A stretch of DNA of 32,000 nucleotides from assembly GCF_000400465.1 (NCBI RefSeq), contig NW_008806285.1, forward strand, positions 270,001 through 302,000, read 5' to 3'. Source of the stretch: Wallemia ichthyophaga EXF-994 (taxonomy: Eukaryota > Fungi > Basidiomycota). The stretch's first letter is position 1, and the number at the start of each line of letters is the position of its first letter. The position numbers and the translations under genes were made by a program. The notes beneath the pieces were generated by a model. The model made no database searches and was not told the DNA's origin. It was given only the letters and a program-made list of their open reading frames with translations. This document shows positions 1 to 9,909 of this stretch, piece after piece.

Positions 1-2604
1 TGCTCCCTCATCGAATCTACGTTGGCGCATCTTCTGCGACAACTTGTATAGTATCTTTATATCTCCGCCAATCTCTTCACTAGTGTACTTGTCACTCTTT
101 CTGCCCTCAACCACATCAAGTTGTCTACCCTCGATGATGTTCTGGGCATTGCCATACGACAATTGTGCGCAAGATTTGATTATCGTACGCCCAAACCATG
201 TCTTAAGCACCTTGGCGTCTTTGTCCATAGTAAAGGTGACAGAGAAGGCTAGTCTTTCTCTGTCGGGAAGCAATGAACACAGGTCTGACGACAAGATCGA
301 TGGTAACATTGGCAGAGCTTTTTGCACCAAATACACACTAGTTGCTCTCTTTCTAGCATCTTTATCCAGTGGCGAATTTGGTTTGATGAAGTAGCTAACG
401 TCCGCAATTGAGACTGTTATATCATAAGTATCATCGCTATTGACTTTAACAGAGACAGCATCATCTAAATCTTTCGCAGTGTCTGGATCTATAGTAAAAG
501 TCCTCTCATTTCTCATATCTCTCCTCTTTCCATACTCCTCTTGTGGAATGTGCCAAGGCAATGCAGGAAGACACCTGAGAGCAGAATCTGGGAAATCTTC
601 AGAAGATGTTGCATTGGAGTCTTTCAATAATGCACTAGTCTCAACTTGGACGTCACCAATCGGTCCGAGCTTCTCAACCAATGTACCGAATGGATGCAAC
701 GAAGTAATTGGCCAGCGCTTGATGCAAGAAACGAACAGTTGATTCTGATAATGCTCAGAATTACTCAAGAAATCTTTTGGAGCTTGTTCAGTTGGAATAG
801 CAATAAGTGGCACTCTCTTATCAGTTGGCTTGAACCACACAATCTTTGGCCTCTGTGCTGGTTTTTCTTGTGCCTCTGGTATTCCACCTTCACGCTCACG
901 TCTTTCAGCATCCTGTTTTTCTTTAGTGGCAGCTGAACTTGGTCTGAGTATACCAAGTGTACCTGAGAACAACTGTCCAGGCATGCGCTCAACAATCGCG
1001 ACAACGTGACCAGCATATTTAGGTTTCTGATCGTCGTTAACCTCCTCATCTGCAATCAAAAATAAACCCTGTCCTTCAACTTGCACATCATCTCTATTCT
1101 TGGCCTGCTGTTTAGTTTCAATTGAGGGATTGATTGCGCGCAATGCATCATACTGTGCATTTTCTTCTTTACGTCTCTTCTTATCCTCCTTCTCCTTCTT
1201 CGTACCCCAGACCTCATCGACATTTAGTAATTCGACTGCAACTATATCACCCTCTAATGCACGGTTACGATCTTTGCTACCACAGATATAGACATCGGCA
1301 TCCAAGACCTCGGTGGATATGTAGGCATCCGATCTATTGCGTTTGTTTACACGCAACATACCAACTACCAGCTTACCAGCAGTGAGGAGCGGAGGTAATG
1401 AAGCTTGTGGAAGGTATGGAGCAAATAGAGACTTGCGTTGAGGGCCCCCATGGTTGCTTGGTTGTTGGATTTGTAAATTGAACGCTTGTTGTTGCTGGAG
1501 AGCGTAGTTGATGCCGTTGTCAAATTTACCCATCTGATTGCCACCAAGTGCAGCAGACAAGGAAGCGGCAGCTACCATGTTTTGGAATGAATTAGGGAAT
1601 GCGAATGATTGGGCCCTGTTGTGACCACCTGCACCGACACCAACACGGAATTGAGCCAATGAAGCTAATTGAGATTGAGCTTGTGCAAGATCAGGTACTC
1701 CTGATTGATTGTTGTTAGGAATAGGTTGCTGGATGGCTGAAAAGGTTAGAAATGCAAGTAAGAGACATTAATTCTCACCTTGACCAGTGCTAATTCTTCT
1801 ACCATGACCACTTTGAGCACTTTGTGGAGACATCTTGTTAACAGTGTTGGATGGGGGGAAGGAAAAGTCATTAAGGTCTTTAGTAACTTTTGAGACATTG
1901 ACAGAATGACGTCTTCCATGACCTTTTGGGGGAATGTTTTTCATTTGTGGAGAGCCTTGTGGGTTGTAGAGGTTTGGTGAGTGAGGGGAGTACTGAGTGA
2001 GGTTACCACCAGACATTCTCATGTTAGGGGCTTGCTGAGATTGAATGCGGCGGTGGTTGTTAGGGATGTTAGGGATGTTAGGGATGTGAGGGTTGTTAGC
2101 GTTGGGATTCATTCTCGAGTTGAGAGTCTGCTGATCGTATTGCTGAATGAATTGAGATTGATTTTGAATCAAAGCTCTCTGCTGATGCTGGAGTTGCTCA
2201 ATTTGCTGCTGGAGGAGTAATTGCTCAGGGGTGATACCAAGTTGAGGAATTTGAGCAGGACCACCGAGTGATTGAGAAGGAGTGTGGTTGCCGTATGAGA
2301 TTGAGTTGTTGGTTTGGCGACGTCTAGCACCGAATTGGAAATTTGGGTTCAGAGTGCCGTAGCTGTCTGATTCGTTTGATTCGTCCTGGAATCTAGGACC
2401 AAGATTCTTGCGGCGATTACGATCTTGAGATTGAGGTTGATTCATTGAGGCTGATTTGCGGTGGCCGTTGATTGATTGATTGCGTGGTTGTTGTTGTGGC
2501 TGTTGCACAGGCAATGGAGGCATCGCTGTTGGATCATCGCTATGGTTATGCATTTGATTTGCTTGTTGTCTCCTGTTCTTTGGATTGTGTTGTGAATCTG
2601 CCAT
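1..2604 (-). CDS. SSD1: Ssd1/Dis3L2-family RNB (RNase II) protein, 3' end runs off the window start
   Basis: Q/N-rich N-terminal exon (ORF 1768..2604) and a 42-nt intron at 1737..1778 (GTGAGA...CTAAC...TTCAG). The next exon stays open to position 1. Manual translation gives Ssd1-type blocks RKSLFAPYLPQ, LRVNKRNRSDAY, IYICGSKDRNRALEGD-like (here VYICGSKDRNRALEGD), YAGHVVAIVERMPGQLFSGTLG, PKIVWFKPTDKRVPLIAIPTEQAP and IKRWPITSLHPFG, then RNB TIDPDTAKDLDDA. Confidence 0.95.
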
Positions 2605-3094
2605 TCTCTGTTCAATTGGTTAGGTTGATGGCGACGTGTTTCAACGCACAGACCTCTTAATTCAATTTTTAGCTTAATTCAAATTCTTTAATTCCTTCAG
2701 TATTAACGAGTGGTTGGTATTTATCTCTTTAACCCTTTGTCGCTGTCGCTGTCGTCGTCGTCTGATTAAACTGCGCGTAATGAAAGATGTATCAATTTGG
2801 ATAATTCAATTTCACTTTAATTAATTTAATCATCGGTTCTTGTTCCAATAGTGCTCTCTCATATCTACAAACATTCCTACTCATCTTAATATCTCTACAC
2901 ATGAATGGTAAAATTTTCACACGGGTATTGTGCATGTATATTAGAATAACTAAGTGCATCATTGTAAAAACTCCAATGGCCCCCAGAAACCTCTAAAATA
3001 ACGGTAAAATTCAAGAATTTTTGAATTGGCTGTTGTCATCGATATGTGGTAATGGATATCAGCGGGGCTTGTTCAAATACGATCAAGATACAAA

Positions 3095-4823
3095 ATGTCT
3101 GCAACATATGCTCAATTAAAGGATAACACGTCTATTGTTGGTTAGTGTGGATTCATATGCTTACTCAAATCACTCAACTTAGACGATTAGTTTTCGGGGC
3201 TTCCGGAGACTTAGCCAAGAAGAAGGTGAGCGCGGTTCAATTGGTGGTATGTTATGGACCATCTAACCAAACCATTTAGACTTTCCCAGCTCTCTTTGGT
3301 CTCCGTAAGATGGGTTTACTCCCAAAGGATACACGCATCATTGGATACGCCCGCTCAAAGATGACAAATGAGGAGTTCCATGACAAAGTTACTGGATTTA
3401 TTAAGATTGATGATAATGATTCAAACTCCAAGAAGCTCCTTGATGAGTTTAAGAGTGGTTTGTCATACGTCGCTGGTGGATACGATGGCGAAGAAGCGTT
3501 TAAGAATCTCAACGATAACCTCACCAATGCTGAGAAGAGTAATGCTTCATCTGGTAAGGTGTCAAATAGGTAAGTCAATTTGGAGTATAACTATCTGATT
3601 ATCTAATCAATTGCTCATTTATAGACTATTCTACGTGAGTTTAATTGTTTAGATAATTATCTCGCCCTTCTAAACCTTCCCCTCAGCTCGCTCTCCCTCC
3701 TAGTGTCTTTGGCTCCGTCTCTGAAGGCTTACGTAAATTCTGTTACTCAGGCTCAGGCACCAACAGACTCATCGTCGAAAAGCCTTTTGGAAAAGACACC
3801 GAATCTTCACAGCAACTTATGAATGCAATCAAAGCAAACTGGTCAGAGGAAGAAATATTCCGCATCGATCACTATCTTGGTAAAGAGATGGTGAAAAATT
3901 TGCTTGTTTTGCGCTTCGCTAATGTTTTCCTTGACAATCAATTCCACAAAAACTCTGTTGATAATGTACAAATCACTTTCAAGGAGCCTTTCGGCACTGA
4001 AGGACGTGGTGGATACTTTGATGAATTCAACATCATCCGCGACATACTCCAAAATCACTTAATGCAAGTACTTTCTTTGGTGACGATGGAGAGACCTGTT
4101 TCATTCTCTTCAGAGGATATTCGTGATGAGAAGGTAAAGGTTTTGCGCACAATACCACCACTCAAACCAGAAGAAGTCGTCCTTGGTCAGTACGTTGGTG
4201 CGAATGGAAAGCCTGGATACAAGGAGGATGATACTGTCCCACAAGATTCAAATTGCCCAACATACGCTGCATGTGCTTTACACATCAACAACCCACGCTG
4301 GGAAGGCGTTCCATTCATACTCAAAGCAGGTAAAGCTTTGAATGAAGGTAAGGTTGAGGTTAGAATTCAATTCAAGGACGTCACATCGGGTATATTCTCA
4401 GACATTCCAAGAGATGAGCTCGTTATTAGAATTCAACCATCTGAAGCTATCTACTTGAAGGCCAACACTAAAGTACCTGGACTTCATATGTCGGCGCTAC
4501 CAACAGAGTTGGATTTGACATACAAGGATAGATTCGATAAAGCTGTCATACCTGAAGCTTATGAGTCACTCCTCCTTGATGCGCTTAACGGGGATCACTC
4601 CAACTTTGTGCGTGATGATGAGCTTGATATTGCGTGGAAAATATTTACACCAATCCTTCACTGGATCGAGGGAGCGAATGGGGAGAAGCCAACGCCAGAC
4701 TCATATGAGTATGGATCAAGAGGACCAAAGGGGGTTGAAGAGTTCCAAGCCAAGTTTGGATACAAGCGCACACCAGATAACTACAAGTGGCCAGTAACTG
4801 ATCTTAGCCAGGCCAAGATGTAA
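3095..4823 (+). CDS. ZWF1: Glucose-6-phosphate 1-dehydrogenase
   Basis: Spliced N-terminus [27 protein letters not shown] carries the NADP-binding motif. Catalytic RIDHYLGKE and [13 protein letters not shown] are present. Four introns at about 3141-3190, 3226-3278, 3570-3624 and 3635-3686, with a 10-nt exon at 3625..3634. Confidence 0.97.
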
Positions 4824-4943
4824 TAAGTGTTTTGTAGATGAAGATGAATAATTTTGTAAACTGCACAAAGAGAAAAAAATCCAAACCAATCCGTCAAAAG
4901 AGGTGATGCATGTGAAGAAAGTACATATTCACTACACTTGTGT

Positions 4944-5357
4944 TTAGTTGGTACCCTTGGTACTGTGAGGAATGTTAACCTTGTACACCACCTGAACTGA
5001 AATCCAACCCACCGAGCTTCTTGAATAACCGAAGAAAGCTCTTCAACCTTACCCTTGGCACGACGGAGAGTACCAAGACGCTTCTTAGTGAGCTTACGTG
5101 CCTTCTTGTCCTTGGAGTTACGGAGGAGTTCCATGACACGCTTCTCGTATGGAGCGAAACCAGCAACTTCACGGATGACGCCCTTCACCAAGCGACCACG
5201 CTCAGAGTTAGCGCCCTTTCTGTGAGAAGGCTTAACACGCTTTGGGAGCTGTGTGGTTGGGTAGCCCTTGTTCAAGCCAACGCGGAGGTTGTTTGTAGTG
5301 GTCGACACTATAGGCTGTGTTAAGTGGGTTTTTCTGCTTAATTCCCCCCTACTCACT
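4944..5357 (-). CDS. RPL36: 60S ribosomal protein L36
   Basis: LRVGLNKGY...[48 protein letters not shown]. Intron 4963..5012 gives C-terminus ARTKGTN*. Best 5' model: intron 5308..5356 splits the ATG. The start position is less certain than the gene call. Confidence 0.93.
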
Positions 5358-5658
5358 CTCTCTTCACCGTCTCTCCAGAAGTCAGAAATTTCTGAGATGC
5401 GCATTATCACAAAATTAAAATTTGCGAGGTATAAAAGGTGGTCTTCTCAGAAATTATTCTTCTTATCTTACATTCATTTCGAAATATACCAGCTAGCAGA
5501 CGGTGTTTTATACACCGCATGACTGTCTAGCAAAATTGGCTTCGAATATATCTACGGATGCTACAATTCATCCGGTGTGCAACCTACACGCTGGGGATTC
5601 GCTTGTATCCAACATTACTCGCCTTTGTAACTTTTTTCTATGTATCTTTATCTACAAT

Positions 5659-7039
5659 CTACTCGTTCTGCTCCTTTTTATTCTTTGACAAGATCTTCTC
5701 TATCTCTTTCTCTGCCTTATCAATGTTTTCCTTGGTCTGCTTCTCCTGATTTGCCTCATACCATGCCTTCTTTATCTCCAAACTTGAAATTGTACTCTCA
5801 ATATCTGAGTATGACTTTGGAGGTGGGATCGACAATCCGATGAGTGCTGTCAGTGTGGCCAGAGGTACGTGCACTTTATCCTCCGAAGTCGCTTTTGCTG
5901 GTGTCTTTTTCTGTCCCCTTTCCTTCTTCTTCGATTTCCCTCCGCCGACAAAGTAAGCGTCATCATCGTCCTCCTTCTTCTTGAGTAGTGTGCCGCCTGG
6001 AACTTGGTTGTCTACTTGGCGGATGTTGTGTTGGGCGAGTGGGGTATTAGCACCTTGAATACCCTGGTTACCTTCAGCATTGTCACTATGATTGTGCACC
6101 ACATGCACCCCACCAATCCTCCCAAACTGATCAATTAGCGTCTGGCAATCCTGAATGAGAGGTTCAAAAGCGGGCAGTTTAGCATCTTCGCGGAGTTGTT
6201 CAGCATGCAATTTAGCCTTCTGCGCATTCTCAGCTTCTCTTTCCTCCTTGGCCCTTTGTGCGCGTCTAGCTTTATCCTCGTTGACTTTGGCGTAGTACGC
6301 ATCCATACCTTCGCGATGGGTTTCTGAGTGCGAGCGTTTCTCCGCGTACACGGCATCGAGATCGGATTGCAATTTGTTACGCTGGTCGAAGAGTGTCTGC
6401 TTGGATGCCTGTGCATGGTCCATCTCCGCCCTCGTTTCATTCAAACCCTTGGAAATAGCCTCCGATTTAGCCGCGAGTGCTTTGTGTTCGGGGTCATCCA
6501 GGTGCGCTTTCAATGCTTCGACTTGCGCCCTGTCTGCGTCTATGGCGTGTTGCTGCTGGGCAAACCCATCAACGAGCTTCCTCTGTCTTCTGAGATTTGT
6601 TATTTCCTGCAGAGACCTCTTCTCATCGGCTAAACGGAGCTGACCAGATTCGATGGAAGTGTTGAGGTGGTCGATCCTGCTGTCGATATCGCCTACAGAG
6701 GAGAAAGGTATTTTAGACTTGGAGGATTGCAAATCTTTTACCTTGTGTGTGTGAGTGGGTTATGTGTTCCATATGCTCCCGTCTTACCTTCCTCTGCGTA
6801 GACTCGTGCAACACTCTCACCCTCTCAAGCACCTTGTCTCTGCTAGCCCTGTTCCCTGCTTGATTCGATTTGTGCTCGTCAAGCTCCTTGAACAATGCCT
6901 TTCTGCGCTCATGCGCTGGCCCGTTCGCAGAGGCGTTGCTGATCTTTTGGCGCACAATTTGCAGCTTGCCTTGGATATCATCTATCTGCGATTTGTAGGC
7001 GTCTTGGTGTTTTCTAAATTCCGTGATGTCTGGCTTCAT
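5659..7039 (-). CDS. BFR1: Bfr1-like coiled-coil RNA-binding / nuclear segregation protein
   Basis: MKPD start, long coiled coil, IDHLNTSIESGQLRLADEKRSLQEI, DDAYFVGGGKSKKK, L-SIPPP and LEIKKAWYEANQ blocks typical of Bfr1. Intron 6742..6787 joins ORFs 6713..7039 and 5659..6732. Confidence 0.8.
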
Positions 7040-7191
7040 TTGGTGTTTTGGTGTGTGCTGTGTGCTGGGAAAGATAGGCAGACAATAAAAAAAGGGATGA
7101 AAAATAAATTATTTCAACTCAATATTATATTTAAATAGATATTTATGTTTATGTTTATATATATACTTACACACTCACACTCACACTCACA

Positions 7192-7795
7192 ATGGCCATC
7201 AACGATATCTACGTCGCCAATACAGCGTGTGTTTCTATTTCTCTACTATGCCCACCCTAACGCTCTCAGTCGCCGCTTGGATGAGTTATCACGCGGGCGT
7301 TTAAGCGTAGACGACGACGGGATGCTCGTTCTAGGTCAGAGCACCTTGGACAGCGCCCGCAGGCAGCACCTCCTCCACTTAGCCTCGGTAGCCAAGCACG
7401 CTGCGCTCGAGACGCACTCCTCCTCCCTCCTCACTGGCCACCTCAGCGAATCTGATGACTTTGCCGATCTGGCTTTCTCCATCAAGATAGACCGCGATGA
7501 GGATATTGCACACAGATCGCCCAACGATATCGCCAGACTCATCCTCAACCAGCTCCACCTCTCCTATACGCTCATTGTGGAGGATGACGCCATAGCACAG
7601 AGACTGCCCAAGCATTCCAGTCACTTGCTCAGCCAGGATCAGAAAGATAGCCTCATTCACGCTTCCTCTTTCGTCGGTCGACCCACACTCGACTTTTCCG
7701 CCTCCATCACCCCTTCAGAAGACATACACGTCTGGGCCATCAGGATTGCAGAGCGTCAGTACCTCGGATTGCTGACTATATCTGTGCATACGTAG
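7192..7795 (+). CDS. Hypothetical protein, about 186 aa, family not recognised
   Basis: ATG 7192 after a CACACTCAC-rich leader. Intron 7227..7269 (GTGTGT...CTAAC...CTCAG) joins it in frame to the long ORF ending at 7795. Globular-looking composition. Confidence 0.7.
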
Positions 7796-7865
7796 TATGA
7801 AATGTGATAATAATGTTAATAATGATAATGTAAATAATGTTACCTCCTCTGCTGCCCCTCGCCGC

Positions 7866-9050
7866 TCACAGGAAGAATTTGCGCCTGCTCGTCTCCAATT
7901 CAGGTCTCCACTGGAACTCAAACGCATCACCGCCGCCGTCGTTGTCGCCTGCATTAGCGAGACGCGCTTCAACAGGTCGGTTGTCCACCTCGTACTTAAC
8001 CCCCGGCAGGCCTCTCTTCATCCACCTCAGCTTGAGCGTGAACCGCGGTCCTATCTCCTGCAAAGCTGTCTTCTCTGTCGACTTGAAAGCGTAGCGGTGT
8101 CGCCTAAAGAAGATAAAGTCGCGCTGCACGTGGAAAGTCGCTACCTGTCGACCCTCAAATTCCGGCACAGGTGGGAAGAGTGCTTGGAACATCCTTCCAA
8201 CAGTATGTCCGAGTCTGGTAGCGAAGTTGTTCAGCACCAGTTCCGGGTGGTGCGGTGTAGGACGAGCGTGACCCTGTATCATTAAAGAAATGAATTGAAA
8301 AGTTAAGCACGTCAGTAAATCATTTCTCTCAAACTAAACACTCCAGCCACTTACCGTAATAGCCTTGCTTTGTTTGACGGACGACAATTTGAAATACGCC
8401 GTGGGGCCACTCGGGAGATGCATCAGCGTCAACGCATTCGCCGTCTTGTGATCCTCATTCACCACCATCATGTCGCTGTACTCCCGTTTGCGTGCCCAGC
8501 CGGCAATAGTACCCATCTCGTACCCCTTGCCGCTCCTCCTCTTGACGTACTCTGAGTTGGGCAGTACGGATGTGAGATCCATGCAGAACTCTATTGTGCT
8601 CTTTCCCGCGCCCGCGCTCGTCGTGATGAGTATCTTGGGCAACTTGATCCCTGAATCTGGGTCATCGGGGTTGACCAGTTGCGGTGTGAAGTAGCTTGCG
8701 AAGGCGTCGTTGGCAATATCTGAGGAGAGTTCGGGATCATCTGTTCCCATGTGCATATCCTTGTTATTCTCGCTGTTATTCTCCTTGTCGTTGTCGTTGT
8801 CGTCTGGCTGCTCTGGCTGCTCTGGCTGCTCACCCCCTCCTCCTCCTCCCACACCCATACTCATATCATATTCCCGCGTATTGTCGAGCGTGTTGGGCAC
8901 ATTCCGCGCCCTCCTCTCCTCTGCATCTTCCTCTGTTTCCTCCTTCCTGCTCTTCAAGCGGCGCTCTAGCTTCTGCTTGCTTTTGGTTTTCTTAGCTGCG
9001 TCGACTATCTGCCCGCGCTTCATTTTGTTTTTAATTTTTATACTGTCCAT
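7866..9050 (-). CDS. RPF1: Brix-domain ribosome biogenesis protein Rpf1
   Basis: [85 protein letters not shown] and RRKFFL*. One intron at about 8272-8354. Confidence 0.93.
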
Positions 9051-9425
9051 TGTGCGCAAGTAGGTGTTGTGGTGGTGGTATGGTACAGAGCTCTAAACAG
9101 CCATATCTCAACAACAAACATAGAAAATGTATCCAAAAACAGCATCAGCGGTAACAAGCGTGAATTTCCAATCCATAGCACATTTCAGAATGTATTTTTG
9201 TGTCTTTACGAGCACAGTGAGGGGAGTGAGACAGATTAGAGTGGTGTTAAATCCAACAGTACTCAACCCACAATACACAACACCAAACTCACTCTACAAA
9301 CCCCACACACTATATAATCACATTCTTTTCGATGAAATTCTATTCATTTTCAATTTTAAAAAAACCCGCTCAGTCTCCTCACACACCGGGGAATAAAACG
9401 AGCGATCCATTCATCTTGTTACGCT

Positions 9426-9609
9426 ATCCTCTCTGGCCTTTTGGCTTAGATCAAGTGTAGTATCTGTTCTTCCAAGTTCGAACAACTTGGATCGCATAAC
9501 TTATGCGACTAACGTTCGATCTAATTTTTATCCGCGTCCAGCCGCCCTCACTGCTTGCATAGGATGGCTGGAAGATGGCCTTGCGTTGCACTACCGCATG
9601 TGCCGTCAG
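9426..9609 (+). ncRNA. U2: U2 spliceosomal snRNA
   Basis: GGCCTTTTGGCTTAGATCAAGTGTAGTATCTGTTCTT matches the U2 5' core, with branch-recognition GTAGTA at 9457..9462. Stem IIa TCCAAGTT/AACTTGGA, stem IIb TCGCAT/ATGCGA, IIc GTTCGA complementary to the IIa loop, Sm-like AATTTTTA at 9523..9530, and 3' stem IV with a TTGCACTAC loop. Ends are approximate. Confidence 0.97.
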
Positions 9610-9909
9610 CGCTCTCTTATCATTCTCATCAACCATTTTGCCATGTCTTTGCTACTTTTAGTGGTAATGACTTGATGATATGGTTGTCGAGTAAAGGCGA
9701 GTTTGCGGCATGACGGGAGTGTGCCGGTGTTCGAGCGTACAAAATAGCAACAATGTGATTTGCACGCACACACCTTTAGCACACCTCCAAACACCCACAC
9801 ATACAAATAAAATGCATTGATTAACAGTTATAAAATAATTTGGTAATAATTATCACGAATGTCGCTAGAAGTGAACAGATAGGATTATCGATTAACGTAA
9901 GTGTATATA

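Noticed and set aside
44-1385. Plus-strand ORFs (44..394, 440..742, 646..936, 1100..1385) and similar antisense ORFs throughout the track
   Set aside because: They are shadows of the real minus-strand SSD1 exon, which the track omits because it runs off the edge. The same holds for most short ORFs overlapping called genes.
4781-5410. 209-aa extended RPL36 ORF
   Set aside because: It reads through stop-free introns and 3' sequence. The spliced ~100-aa L36 model fits the family.
9457-9541. Possible spliceosomal intron inside U2 (CTAAC/CTAAT followed by TCCAG)
   Set aside because: Removing it would delete stem IIb and the Sm site. The unspliced gene already has normal U2 length and structure.
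9610-9800. TTGATGA C-box-like sequence and a small hairpin downstream of U2
   Set aside because: No CTGA D box at a suitable distance and no terminal stem, so it is not supportable as a snoRNA.
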